Shown piece after piece: positions 39,110-53,006 of a DNA stretch of 64,000 nt. Below the pieces are notes generated by a model. That model saw only the letters and a program-made list of their open reading frames with translations, had not been told where the DNA came from and did not search any database. Source of the DNA: Felis catus (Eukaryota); assembly GCF_018350175.1 (NCBI RefSeq), contig NW_025408510.1, positions 124,001 to 188,000 on the forward strand. Reading direction: 5' to 3'. Each line of letters begins with the position of its first letter. Position 1 is the stretch's first letter. A program made the position numbers and the translations under genes.

Positions 39110-40683
39110 ATGTTTCTTTTGTGAAATAATTGCCTTTTGGAAGCCACTTTGTGATTAGGTTGTGTGTTTTGGTTTTTGTTGATTTGAATGAGTTCTTTCT
39201 ATGTGTGTGGAATACATCTGTGAATGGCAGAGGTTTTCACATTCTTGGGTATGCCTGCCTTTCATTCTCTGTGTTGCCTTTTGGTAAGTTTCTTTTTTTT
39301 CTTTCCAATAGTGTAACCATTTGTATGTTTCTTGCCTTGGATTGGCTCGGGCCTCCAGTACTGTGTTGAATGGAAGTGGTGAGAGTAGGTGTCCTTGTCT
39401 CCTTCCAGATACTAGAGAGAAGGTTTTCATCATTTTTTGTNNNNNNNNNNNNNNNNNNNNNNNNNNNNNNNNNNNNNNNNNNNNNNNNNNNNNNNNNNNN
39501 NNNNNNNNNNNNNNNNNNNNNNNNNNNNNNNNNNNNNNNNNNNNNNNNNNNNNNNNNNNNNNNNNNNNNNAAGCAGACTCCGCACTGTCAGCACAGAGTC
39601 TGATGCGAGGCTTGAACTCATGAACCGTGAGATCATGGCCTGAGCTGAAATCAAGTGTCAGACGCTTCACCGACTAGAAGCCACTCAGGTGCCCCAAAGA
39701 GTTCAGTATTTTACCACTACATATGACACTTTCCGTGGCAATCCTGGTAGATAGTTGGATCAAAACATGAAAATTCTCCTCTATTTTTAGTTTGCTCTGA
39801 TTTTTTAACAATCATCAAAGAAATAATAATACTAAATTTTCTGAAATGTGTTTTGTGCATCTTTGGGGACAAGTGATTTGTTTCAATGTTGTGGTTTAAC
39901 TTAAAACAACTTTTGCCCTTCTAGAATAATCCAAACCTGATGTCTGTGCATTCTCTTTTCACTGGATTGCATTTGTAAATAGTGTGCTTTGGATCCTTGC
40001 ATGTGTATTCAAGAGAGAGGTGGATGTTCCCTTGCACCCTCTTGTGCTGGCCATGCCGGGGTTTGGGTTACAGGTCGTGCTGGCCTCCTAAAACAACGTA
40101 GGAAGAAGCACTCCTTGTGCTTTCCCAGAAGAGGTTGTGTGTGTGTTCTTTTCTTTTGGGAAGAAGTGCTAGGCCAACAGCTGGTGTAGGGTTTTCCTTG
40201 TGAGAAGGGTTTTCATTGCAGATTCCTTTCTTAAGTGGAAATAGGCTTTTTCTGATTTCCCATATCTTCTTGTGTCTATTTAGATAAGGCATTTTGTTTT
40301 CTAGGAATTTGCTCTGACCTCCCAAACTTTCCAAGGAGTAAGTGTCAACTGGTTTCTAATATCCCTCCTATCTGCAGCATCTGGTGTGATACTTGCTTTA
40401 GAACTTCTTGATATTGGAACTTTGTGCTTTGTTTCTTTTTCATAGAACCAACTTGGGCTTTTTTGATTTCTGTCATTTACTATTTGTTTCCTGCAGCACT
40501 GATTTCTGCCCTTTTGTTTTCCATCTACTTGGTGATTGTTTGCTGTCCCATCTTGTAGTTGTTGAACTAAATCCTTCATTTGATTTTTAGCCTTTGTTCC
40601 TTTCCAGTATGTGTATTGTATTTATTTGCTTATTAGTGTGTTGATTCATTTTAGCATGAGAGCATGAGCAGGGCAGAGGGGCA

Positions 40684-40723
<40 letters not shown>

Positions 40724-43535
40724 GAGAGAATCTCAAGCAGGCTCCTCACTCAGTGTGGATCGATCTTGTGGCCGTGGGATCATACCCTGAGCCAAAATCA
40801 AGAGTTCGTCACCAAGCCACTGAGCTATCCCTATGATATATGTATTCTAAAGCTATGAGTCTCCCTTTAAGCACACCTTTAATGATGTTACGAGTTGTGA
40901 TAAGCTAAATGTTTATTATCTTTTATGTGAAACTATTTTCTAACTTTCATTGTGGTATCTTTTTCTTAATTCATCACAATGTTTAGGAGCATAACACATC
41001 TCGATGTTTCAGGGGATTTTCTCGTTCTCTTTGTGCTGATTTCTAGCTTACTTCTATGAAGGTATCTGTCTCAGTGTTTTTGGGTGATTGTAACAAAATT
41101 CCATAGACTGGCTGCCTAATAAGCACAGAAGCTTCTTTCCTATAGTTGAGGAGACTGGGAAGTTCTCAAGATCAAGGCATCTGCAGATTCAGGGTCAGGT
41201 GAGAGTCAGCTTCCTGGTTCATCGACAGCCTACTTCTCCCTGTCCTCAAGTGGTGGCAGGGGTGATGGTGCTCTCTCAGCCGACCAGGACTGGTCATCAC
41301 CGGAAGTCTCCCTGTCTTCATCCCATCACTGTGGGCGTGATGAATTGTTGGGGGAATTGAACTGTGAATCTAATGCAATCCCTAAATAGGCCCTGCAGTA
41401 TTTCAGTCCTTTCAGATGAGTTCACTTTCCTAATGGCCTGGCATATATTCGTTTTCATGAACTGTTCCTTGGCCACGTGCAAATAATGTGTGTTGGGGGG
41501 AATGCAGTATTCTCTGTTTATACGTTAGATGAAGTTTGTTAATGACAGAATTCAGATTTTAGTAACCACTTGAAAGCAAGTAAGGAATAGGCAAGAATGA
41601 GTTTAATAATATTACTAACAGGTATATCCAAAATATCATTTCAGTGTATAGCCAGCGTGAGAAAAACTAATGAATGATTTTGCATTCTCTTTTATCACAT
41701 TGTCGCTAAAATGTGGTGTGCATTATATACTTTCCACACGTCGCACTTTGAGGAGCCGCGTTTCAAGTACTTGCAATAGAGCACGTGACCGCATATTGGA
41801 CAGCCCCGTCCCACTGCCTTGAGTTTTCTGTTGTCGTCAGTTCTGTCAGATACTGAGAGATGCATCGTCAAGTCTCCCATAATGCTTATGGATGTGGCTC
41901 TTTTTCCTTTTCTATGTTTGTCAATTTTTCTGTATTTTGAGATTGCGTTATTAGGTATATGCAAGGTTAGAAGTCTTGTGTTCTTGGTAAATGGAACTTC
42001 CATCGTGAAATGTTCCTCTTGGTCTCTAGTAGAGCTTTTCGCTATAGAGGTTACTTTCTTGGAGGGTCACATCAGTTTTCTGTTCGGTTGGGTTTGCCTG
42101 GGGATCTTTTCCTTCCACCTGTCTGTGATCTTATGTTTTAAGGTGTACCTTTGTGACCAGCGTATGCTTAGTTTCCTTCTAATGAATTTGAGAGTCAACC
42201 TTTTGCTTGCAGCATGTGTGCACATGTGATGACTGATAGGTTAGTTTACACGTACCGTATTATTAGTTTCTTCTTTGCCCCAGCTGTTCTGTGTTCTTTT
42301 GGTCTCTAGCCTTCCTTTAGAAGTAGGAGGGAGTTTTTAATTGTACACTGATCTGTTAGGTAATTGGAATATATCTATTTCTAGAGGCAGGTGCATTTTC
42401 AACTGACCCCTGCCCGATTCAGGACTTGTACTGTTTCCCTGACACTGCTCTCTCCTTTTATCTTTTCTTTGTTTTAAGATTTATTTGTTTTTTGAGAGAG
42501 ACATAATACAATCGGGTGAGGGGCAGAGCAGAAAGGGAGACACAGAATCTGAAGCAGGCTCCAGGCTCTGAGTCATCAGCACAGGGTCTGACGCGGGTCT
42601 CCAACTCACAAACCGTGAGATCGTGACCTGAGCCAAAGTCGGACACTCAACTGACTGAGCTACCCAGGCGCCCCTGCTCTTTTCTTTGACACTTGAACCA
42701 CACTGAACTCCTCTTCACCTTTTGTTGGCTAATATTTGTAAGTCTTAGATGGATTTTGGCGTTGTTGTCATTGTTTCGTGCACTTAATGCTTGTTAAGGT
42801 TTGTTCTCATAGTTACCCTCTCTGTTGTGACGTTGTTCTGCAAGCCGTGTTTTTTCATATTTCTGTCAGAGACTACATTTCTTTTGTGCAACGAGCTGCT
42901 TTAATATTGATTTTAGTTTGTGTCTGTAGTTGATGTGTAGTCATGGTTTTTGTGTGTGTGTGTGTGTGTGTGTGTTGTTTTTGTTTGTTGTTTCTGTTTT
43001 TATTTTTGTTTTTGCTTCTGTTTTGCCTGAAAAACATCTTTACTTTGCCTTCACTGGGAAGAATGTTTCTGTTAGGTAAAGACTTCCAGGTTGGTGGCTA
43101 TTTTAGTTCACCTTTCATACATGCCAATCCATCATCTGGCTTCATTTGCTTTTCTTGAAGAGTCAGCTGGCAGTGTTGTTGTTGTTGTCGCATGGAAGGC
43201 GGTATCTTTGTCCTCTCATGGCTGTTAACATCTTTTTGCCTCGGGTGTTCTTTGTGGAGTCACTGTCATGGTTCTTTTATCAGTTTTGGAATAGTTTTGA
43301 TTCTTATCTTTGTAGGGATGTGTTAATATCCATTCTGTGTTTCCTCTACTTTGAGGGTTCCCATTGGACCTTTGTACCATATCTTCTGTGTCTTTTGGGC
43401 TTCTGTATTTTCTGGACGGTTTCTCTGTGTATGGTCTAGATATATTTTTACCTACCTATCTTTCAGTTCACTGAGTCTATTCACCTGTGTCTAGTCTGAT
43501 GTGAAGCCCATAGACTGAGTTCTTAATGCTTTCAA
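39110..43535 (-). mobile_element. Ancient fragmented L1M LINE, mirror copy
   Basis: Reverse complement of 16180-20600. Confidence 0.7.
39441..39570. other. Assembly gap (130 N)
   Basis: N run. Confidence 0.99.
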
Positions 43536-44384
43536 CAAGATTTTTTACACTTTTATTTATGTTGGAGAGCTAGACAGGTTGTGAGTAAGGGAAAAACAGG
43601 GAGAGAGGGAGACACAGATGCCGAAGCAGGCTCTCGGCTCTGCGCTGTCAGCACAGAGCCCAACACAGGGGCTCAAACTCCCGAATCACGAGATCATGAC
43701 CTGAGCTGAAGTCAGATGCTTAAGCAAATGAGCCACTCAGGCACCTGGAGACCCTAATTTTAGCTCCGATAATTTGCAGTTTGAGAATCTGTTTTGAGTC
43801 TCTGAAAATTTTCCATTTGTCAGGAATGGTTTTTGGACAGTTGACTTTTGCATCCAGTAATTCCAGTCTATGTGTCTCTTCTTGGTCTGTTTCTCTTCTT
43901 TCTTCTTTGGGTCGCTATGATGCAAAACCTGTTTTTTTTATGTTTATTTATTTATCTTGAGGGAGAAAGAAAGTGAGAGCAGGGGTGGGGGTAGAGCATG
44001 GGGGAGAGAGAGACCCTCTTGAGCAGACGCTCTTTTCTGTCACTAGAGAGCCCAACACAGGGCTCAAACTCACAAACGTGAGCCGAAACCAAGTGTTGGT
44101 CACTTAAACGAGTAGACTGAGCTATCCAGGTACCTCTCTGTTTTTGTTTGCTTGTTTGTTTCTTTCCTTTTCTTATTAAAAGAATTTTTTTTTGTTAATA
44201 TTATCTACTTTTGAGAGAGAGAGGGGTAGAGACAAAACTTGAGCAGGGGAGGGGGAGACAAAGTGGGCGACACAGAATCCAAAGCAGACTCCAGGCTCTT
44301 CACTGTCAGCACAGAGCCCAACACCAGACTAAACCATAAACCATGAGATCATGACCTGAACGGAATTGGGATGCTTACCCGACT

Positions 44385-44547
44385 NNNNNNNNNNNNNNNN
44401 NNNNNNNNNNNNNNNNNNNNNNNNNNNNNNNNNNNNNNNNNNNNNNNNNNNNNNNNNNNNNNNNNNNNNNNNNNNNNNNNNNNNNNNNNNNNNNNNNNNN
44501 NNNNNNNNNNNNNNNNNNNNNNNNNNNNNNNNNNNNNNNNNNNNNNN
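44385..44547. other. Assembly gap (163 N)
   Basis: N run. Confidence 0.99.
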
Positions 44548-47529
44548 GTTGGACATTATGTAGAAGCATAGAGGCTCTTTGTGTGGTTGTATTTCTTCAG
44601 CATTTCATCCCACACACCTCGAGTGTGGAGGTTATTGGGCTCAGTCAGGCGTGAGTGACCTGAGACTGGGGCTCAGTCTTTGTAAGGTGCAGTGTGAGCT
44701 GGGCTCACGCTGTCCCCCACCCCCGTGTAGTCCTCCAGTGTCTCCATCTTGAGGCCGGGAGTATTTCCAAGGACCCCTTCTTGGGGCTATGTCCCAAAGC
44801 CCAGTTATTTTCTCCACAGCACAATGAGATGATGGAAGGGTCAGCTTCTCAGGTAGTGCTTGTCGAGTGCCGGGCTCATTTTCTGTGCCTCCCTGTGTTG
44901 TCCAGAGCTCGGTTAGCTGCGACTTTCTGCTTGCCTTTCTGTTAGGTTTCCTTTGCAGCTTGTTGGTATATTGCCTCCAGTCCCTGAGGAAATTCAGAAT
45001 TCTCACATGTCTTGAGGGAGAGAGAGGACTCTGAACATTAGAGTTGGCTCAGGGGCTTCCCTTTTGTTGGTGTCTCAGTCCTTCCAGTTGTGACTGCCCC
45101 AGTGTCTCCTTGATGCCTTCAAACACTGCTTAAAATTGAACTCATCTTTCCTAGTTCATGATGGGTTGACTAACAGACTACTCACACGTATAAGAGCAAG
45201 CCGGAAAAGAGTGAGAAGTCATAGTGAACATTTTGGTCATCAGCATTTGTTACAGGAGAAAACGAAACCCAGTAGTCCTTGCCTAGTACCCATCGTTCTT
45301 CTAAAATGACCATCCAGTTTGCCCACGCTCAGCCAGCGTCCATGGGGTGGTGATGGTGTCAGCGTCCCAGCCCCACCCCCCTACACCACCGCTCTCTTCC
45401 CCTGTCAGGTGCCTGCCCAGGGCGGGCTTTGTGGTGCCGGGCTGGCTGTGGCAGGGCAGGCAGAGGAAGTGGATGGCTTAACTGACACTTTGAGTGTTTG
45501 ATCAGTGTTCATTGTTTTCTAATTTTCGTAATGTTTATTTACTTTTTAGAGAGACAGAGAGTGTGGCCAGGAGAGGGGCAGATGGAGGGACCCAGAATCT
45601 GAAGCAGGCTGGGGACGGGATGCACTTCAAGCGTACAGTGCAAACCCCACAACAAGGGTTTCTGTATTGGTGCACCCGAACCATCTGCAGAGACACAAAC
45701 ACCCACCTTTGTGGCTCCCCTTTGTGACTCTGCACAATTGTGGTCGCCAGGCTCTGGCTGCTGTGTTCCTCGGAGATGGTGGTGGAGGCACATCTGAAAG
45801 AGTGTATCTGAAAGAGTGAAGGGGTTAAGAGGAAGTGTTGCTTCCTTGCGCACGGTGGTTCAGGAAAGGCCTTTTCCGGAGAGGTCGCTCGGGAGCTGAG
45901 GCTGACCGAGCACTCTCCCAGCAGTCCGACTCCAGGGCCAAAGGCCGGGGTCAAGGAAGAGCTTGGCTTTGTTGTAAGCGATGGAAGGGGAAGCGGAGCC
46001 AGGTGAGGCGCCAGGCAGCTGGTGTTGGGACAGAACCTACCCCGTAAGGAGTTGGGTTTTCAGATAAGGACCTGGGGTCGTTGTGTCCTCAGTGGGAAGG
46101 ACTGGCATGATGTTGTTGAATTTTTTGAAAGCTGGTGCTGGTTCTGTGTGGATAGTGGGTTGGGGGAGGAGACAAGAATGGATGCAGTGTGGACGTCATT
46201 GGGTGGAGTGGCTCCTTCTAATGCGGGGGTTGAGCTCTAAGATTCGTGCTTTAGGCAACAGGTACAAGCCCCTCACATCACCCATCACATAAAGCACAGG
46301 ACAGTGTGCGTCTTTATATCCTTTACAGAACTACGTAATGTTTAAAAGCAGCGTGTGTAATTGTACGTGTGTGGGTACAAGGCGTACACTAAAGTATTCA
46401 CCTGTTCTGGAGTGCGTGGCAGGCACTGTACTAGGTGCTGAACACTATGTGCTGCAGTTACCTCGCCCAGAGACGTATGTGGTTTTACGGAGAGCAATAG
46501 AAGGGCATGGGAGTGTGTGGTTCGGTGGAATAGGGGGTACGTGTGCACCGTGCGGCTGCAGGATGGCCGTTTTGTCCCATGGGTCGGCGTGGGTCAGCCT
46601 CGGGGAGGCGGTTTTCCTTGGGAGGTTCGGCTGCCCTGTGTTCTCCTTCATGCACCCCGCTCTGTCTCCCGGACGCCTTTCCAAGCACCTTGTAGTGAAG
46701 CTCCATCTGGGCGGACTGTGGGCTCTTTGAGTTCCACACGGGCCACCACCCTCCTCCCCACACCTGTGCCTCCTCCTGGGAACAGAGCAGCTTGCTACCT
46801 GGTCCAGTGGTCAGAAGCCAGGGAGATGGCTTTGCCTCTTTCCCGCTCTTCCCTCTCCTTGCTGGTCCGTGGGTCCTGTGGTGTGGAGCTTGCCTCTCTC
46901 AGAGGCCATCTGCGAGGTCCCTGGAGATCTATACCCTGTCTTCACTCGGGTGGACTCGGGGAGGGGCCAAGTACTGCAGTCTTCCCTGTTCCTGCCGCAA
47001 TTGCCTGCCAGCATCTTGGCTGGGGGGGGGGGGGCGGTGCCTCCTGCTGTGCAGAGATGCTGGCTTTCTGCCCCATCTGTGTACAATACGCCATGCTCTC
47101 TGAGAAGACGGCCTTTCTTCCTGAACCTGTGTCCTGCCTGCTGGCCCTTAGTGCTTGGTATTGCTGAGCAACTTGGTAACTACGTGGTTTGGGGAAACAT
47201 GTTTGCCCTGTGTACAAGGACCCTCCAAACTGCTCCTGTTCTGCTCCTGGGTGGCTCAGTCGGTTAAGTGACCGACTTCACCTCGGGTCATGATCTTTGT
47301 GTTGGAGAGGTAACCCCCGATTCGGGCTCTGTGCTGACAGCCCAGAGCCTGGAGTCTAGTTTGAATTCCTTGTCTCCCTCTCTCGCTGCTCCTCCCCTGC
47401 TGCTTTCTGTCTCTGCCTCTAAGAAATAAAGAATGACATTAAAAAACTAAAACGTTAAATCTATTTCTATTTGACTCTTCTGTTGTTGACAATGGTCGTG
47501 CTTGCTTCCTTCTTCCCCAAGGATGAGTA

Positions 47530-50500
47530 GAGCTGACCGTAGAACAACTTGGTGTTCGGGGTTCCACCCTGCCCACAATTGAAAATCCATGTATAACTTT
47601 TGCATCCCCAGAAAACTTAACTGTTCAAACTCTCCTGTTGTCCAGAAACCTTAGTAGAAACACAAACAGTGCATTAGCACCTGTATCTTGTATGTGTTAT
47701 ATACTATATTGTTCGAGTGAAGTAAGCTAGAGAAACAGTTTAACGTCATAGGGAAATAGGTTCACAGCTCTGCGCTGTATGGATCCCTAAGTTTATTCTC
47801 CGTTTGTTTCTAGAAGGAATTGTCTATCAGAACCCACATCAGTGCTGGCTCAGGTGACACACTACGCTGTTGTTACGTGTATCATTAGCACTATGCATCA
47901 GAAATGGGAGGAATTGGAAAGATTCCTGTGTATTTACGGATGTCACAATTCATGCGTTACCAATGAAGGGTGAATGCTTCGTGATGGCCTGGTGTAATCA
48001 GTACGATTGCTTCGTCATGGCCTAGGAGAGACACGGGTGAATGCATGGTTACAAAGCTTTTCTAGCCTGCAGTTTTACAGCCATATTCCTAATACAGTCT
48101 GGACACATTGTTACCTTACAAAAACGGCCTGTGATAGTAGGCTGAGAGGCATTTTCTCCAGGCAGGGACAGAGAGAGGCATGCTACAAGGTAATGTCACT
48201 TTTTGAAACCCATGTTATGGAATGACACGTTATTCGTTTTATGTGAGATCTTATCCCCTTATGCCCATGTGAGGATAGGCTGTCCAAGTGCACACAATTC
48301 GCGCACACGATGTTACTCCTGATGAACGCTTAGGTGGTGGTGACACACATGCGTCCCGGGTGGCCTGGCTGCATGCTCCCTCGATTTTCACGCACACACG
48401 TGTGCATGGCAGGTGAAGTGATTCACTGAGGACCTTGGTGAGGATTTGCTGTCTGGAAAGTGGGGGTGGGTCCTCACAAATGTCTGATGTGCAGACCTGC
48501 ATGGGGGGGGACCCGCTAGATGGGGAAGTCTTGGGCCTTGGGGCCTGGCGGTATGGGGGTGGAGGCGGGCACTGTCTTTGCAGCTTTCCAGAAGGGCCTT
48601 TCTGTTCCTGGCCAATGTTTCCGTAGACGGCTGGCTGGCTTTAGTCCCAGTGCTTTTGTCATGGAAGGGTCCATGTGGGAAAGGAGCCGAGACTGTGCCG
48701 GATCACTCCTGGTGGCAGCGTGCTTTCCAGCGATGCCACTTCCATGCCGCCTTCCTCGCCCTCCATCTGCTTCGCCAGATCTCCTCTCTGTACTGTCTTC
48801 TTCTGTGACCTCCTCTGGGCTTTTCTCTGTGCTCGTGACCTTCTGTTAGGATACGCATTTTGAATCCCTGCATCCCCCAACTCTTTTTCTTTTTCTTTTT
48901 TTTCTTTTGCCATATGCAGAGTCTCATTCACGAGTTTCCTGATTGGCTGTGTCATAGGTCCTGGAAATCACGCACGTCATATGGACAGTCATCTCTAGCA
49001 GGGATTTCTTGATTGTGTTGGGCTTGATGGTTTCCCCAGAGTTTTTTGTAACCTCCCTTGGCATCTTCCTGACTTTCATAATGTTCCCTCTGTGGCGGTT
49101 CTCTTTGGTAGCATTGACTGTCCTTCTTGTAACGTGCCTGTGTCATGAGCCTCACAGGTCCTCGTGGCCCCTGGTCCGCAGGCTGACTTAGACCCGCTGC
49201 GCTCCGGAGCGAGTGAGCCGCCAAGACACGTTTGGTGCTGACCCGTGGGGTTCTGGGTTGGCCAGGACATTGTCCAATGTCAGAAGAACTTTGGAGGACA
49301 GTCCCTTGCTTTCAGCGTACTTCCTGAGTTGAGGGACAGAGCCGGGATGGAACTGGTCCAGGGCAAGGGCTCTGGTTGTGCAGCAGACCACTGGCCACTG
49401 GGACTTGTTGCCTTCAGGACCTTGGGGTGAGCTTCCTACACAGGGCCAGCTGCCCTGCTCACACCCCGCCTGTATCCGCTCAGTCGGTAGCTACTGCACC
49501 CCTTCCTACCCAACATCTTGGCGCTCACTTGTCTTTCTCATGAATAAATGTCGTTTGTGGCATTTTCCCCCCGACAGGGCACCTCCTTCTGCATGAAAAA
49601 CCTGTGCAGGCAGCCATGGTCTCCTCAACTGATTTTCTTGGGTTTTCACTTTTTGTGTTGGAGTGGTTGACATGCGGTGGATGGTAGTTCCTTCTTCTCT
49701 GCAATCTTCTCTGGGGCGTCTGGGAAACTGTGTCCTTCTTCTTCGTGGTGGAAGCTGCTTCTCCTATCGTCTGGACCATTTCAAAGCCAAACCCCTTTCT
49801 AAAACCACCAAGCTGTCCTGTGCCTGCATTGAAATGTGCCAGTTTTCGATCCTTCCCTTCCTTCTGCCTTACGTCGTGATGTCAGGTCCTCACTTGTCTT
49901 GCAGTTTGAGTTGAGTCTGCAGGTGTGCCCGTCTCACAGCAGTCCTACATCCACAGAGATGCCACATCTTCCACACGAGACACAAAGATGTCTCACAAAT
50001 AGCACCAGGTTGTTGCATGTGCTGGGGTAGCCGCAGCGAGAGCTTCGAGAATTTCCCTTTCCTTGTGCCTCCATGGTCCTCACGCTGGCCGGCTGGCAGC
50101 TGCAGCTGTGGACCTCAGTACATGTCAGGCCATTCAGCCTTTTCTTGTCATACCATGAGTCTTCTCTGCATCGCGGGAGCACGTCCAGCATCCCTGGGGA
50201 CACTTCAGACAGGTTCCGGGGTGTAGTTAAGTTTCATGGTATTGCCCTTATCACGGTGAAAATGACGCAGGAACCCTGAGAAATCACTTCTCCTGTGGTG
50301 CTTGATTTACTGGAGAAAGGAAGTGCTTACCAAGAGCTGAGTGGCAGATTCGTGGATTCGTGCAACACTTGAGGGGACCTCAATAGTAACAGGAGGTGGT
50401 GCACCCTTCCCCCAGAGGACAGCGTCTGCTACAGCTCGTGTTATGCGGTAAGGACTTAATCCTGCGTCTCCACATTTGTTTGCCTTTCTCTTCACTGCAA

Positions 50501-50796
50501 ATGGCACCATGTAGGTACGGTCAGTTTCTGTGTGCAAAATGATACGTTTTATCTTGTGAGAGTAGGTTTGTGTATGTTTTCGGAGAGGAAATGCTCTAAT
50601 AGCCTAGTATCTGCGTACATTTCATGCACTCCTGGCCTCCCTTTTACTTACTAGTTTTGATACTTCGTAGCTGCTCAGCTCATCTGCCAGTCTTTCCAAA
50701 CGTCACACATCTCCAGAAAAGTTTCCAATGTATTTATTGGAACAAAAATCCCCACATAGAAATGGGCCTGCACAGTCCTACCTCAAGGATCAGATA
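47530..50796 (-). mobile_element. Tigger2-like DNA transposon, mirror copy
   Basis: Reverse complement of 8916-12180. Confidence 0.8.
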
Positions 50797-51741
50797 GGCT
50801 TCTGTGGGTTCACCTTGTCAAGTCAGATTGCAAGGAACGTGGTCAGTTCTGTGATAACATTCCCGTTGATTTGGAAAGGGTTAATTTTTGAAAGAAATTG
50901 AAGTATGTCACCAGTTTGTACTTGGATTTTCGAGAATTGCTGAAATCAACAACTCTCTTTATTTGGAATGTCAGTTGTTAAGTGAACGTTTATCCCCTCG
51001 TTTGTCCTACAGAGACAAAAGCTCGGGGGCGCCTGGGTGTCTCAGGGCGTTAAGAGTCTGACTCTTGGGTTCAGCTCAGGTCATGATGTCATGGTTCAGG
51101 GATTGAGCCCTGCACCAGGCTCTGCGCTCGACTGACTGGAGAGAGTGCGTCCACCTCTTTGGAGCCCACCTGTACGCCATGTCCTGGGCGGGCGCTCAGT
51201 ATTGTGGGAGAGAAACCCCACGCGGGGTGGTGGGCCCTGGCATCACTCTCCTCAGAAACCCTTCCTCCATAATATTTCCTGCTTGACTAAGGAAAGAAGT
51301 CGTAAACTCGCCCTTTCGTCAAGAGTCCTACCATCATTTTTGAACAGTCCATTGGGTATGGTTGAGTCTGATTGAGCCAGGGGTTCAGGCTAAAACAGCA
51401 GCTTTTGAGTACCGTCAGCCTTTCCCCACTGCCGCTCCACAAGCCTGCTTGCCAGATGAGGCCAGAGGCTGCGGATGGGCAGGAGGCTTCTCGGCCTGTT
51501 GCTCCCGAGTCAGCAGAGTTCCTGAGTCCTAGACCTGCCAGGCACCTGAAAATGTCTGTCCCCTTGAGTGTCAGTCCCTCCGAGAATCCCCGGAACTCCT
51601 GTGGGTGGTGAGGAGGGGACTGGTGTGTGTGATGCTACTTGAGGGTGGTGGGTGCTGGGACTCTGGAGGGCCACGGAGGCCTGGTGTGCTCTGGTAAAGA
51701 CCCCCTGTGTCTCTCCACTTTTGTCCCCTCTCCGACCCCAG

Positions 51742-51843
51742 GAGTGTGCAGCTCTCGCTGCAGAGCTCCACACCTGCAGGGAGCAGCTCAGGCAGAGGGA
51801 GGAGGAGATCGCCAACCTGAAGGCGGAGAGAAACAACACCAGG
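51742..51843 (+). pseudogene. PPFIA1: PPFIA1-like exon 3 equivalent, right copy
   Basis: Mirror of 7869-7970; AGG (R) where the left copy has ATG (M). Confidence 0.9.
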
Positions 51844-52114
51844 GTCAGTAGGCGCACTGCCAGTGTCTTTAAACACAGGACACCATTCACTCCCCTTGTC
51901 CACATGTCCCCATGGAGTTGGCTGGGACCTATTTTTCTCAAACCTTCTTTGATCCGTGAGGAGGAGTAAGGCTATTTTAACACATTCGAGGGGGTGGCTC
52001 CCTACCTGGGAACTGAATTGAAGGGATTCAGACTTGGTTTTGCATTTGGTGAACTTGAGGCCCGGAATTGAAGGTGTTCTTGAAACACGGTGTTCCTTTT
52101 GCCTCTCCCGCCAG

Positions 52115-52279
52115 CTGCTGCTGGAACATTTGGAGTTCCTCGTCTCCAGGCACGAGAGAGCTCTTCAAAAAACCATCATCGGGCGACAGGTGAAGACTCC
52201 GGCCGGCGTGTCCAGTGAGGCGGAGGTGCTCAAGGTCCTCAACTCCATATTGGAGAAGGACAAAACCGAGGCTGAAACG
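52115..52279 (+). pseudogene. PPFIA1: PPFIA1-like exon 4 equivalent, right copy
   Basis: Mirror of 7433-7597. Confidence 0.9.
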
Positions 52280-52666
52280 GTGTGCCTAGCCACGGCGGTT
52301 CTCAGTTTGTGCACATGCTGTGTGTTCTAGGCACACTTTGTGTGTTTGTGTGACTGGAGTTTCCTTTTCATCTTCTTCAATTCTTGTAAGAAGACAGGTC
52401 TGTATGGTTAAAAAGCAGTAGTTGGTGGAAATGTTGTGGGTATCGATTGGCTAGTACAAATTGCATAATGTAATTTATTTCGGGGAAGATTTGTCTCCAA
52501 TGTAAAATTGAAAGCGGTTAACAAGCAAGTTTGTGAACCGGAGCATCCGTGAAAAACCTTACCAGCATTCTGTCATGTTATTTGCGGCGAAGGGGATCTT
52601 AGGGTCACTGTAGAGTAAGGACTAATGAAACACCTCTGTGTACAAACTCAATCCCTTGGTTTCCAG

Positions 52667-52738
52667 GTGAGAGAGCAGCTACGTGTGGCACTGGAGGGGT
52701 GTAGTTTCGTAGAAGAAGAATTAGGGGCCACACGCAGA
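52667..52738 (+). pseudogene. PPFIA1: PPFIA1-like exon 5 equivalent, right copy
   Basis: Mirror of 6974-7045. Confidence 0.8.
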
Positions 52739-52868
52739 GTTCAAGCTCCAGACATCATCCCAGGATTTGATTGGAGGGGGTTTCCTTTTTATCCATTGTT
52801 TTTAAAACAACATATGAAGACTAGCAGTGGGGGCCCTCACATGTTGCTTCCCTTTCTGAGTTTCAAAG

Positions 52869-53006
52869 GTGCAGAGCCAGATGAAAGAGCTCCTGGCTAC
52901 CCTGTGCACTCTCATGGCCAAGCTGGAAGAGGACCTAGACATCTCAAGGAAAGACCTCATCCTTTCTGAAGCAATGAACACCATATTACAAAGAGATGTC
53001 CGTGAA
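52869..53006 (+). pseudogene. PPFIA1: PPFIA1-like truncated exon 7, right copy
   Basis: Mirror of 6706-6843. Confidence 0.85.
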
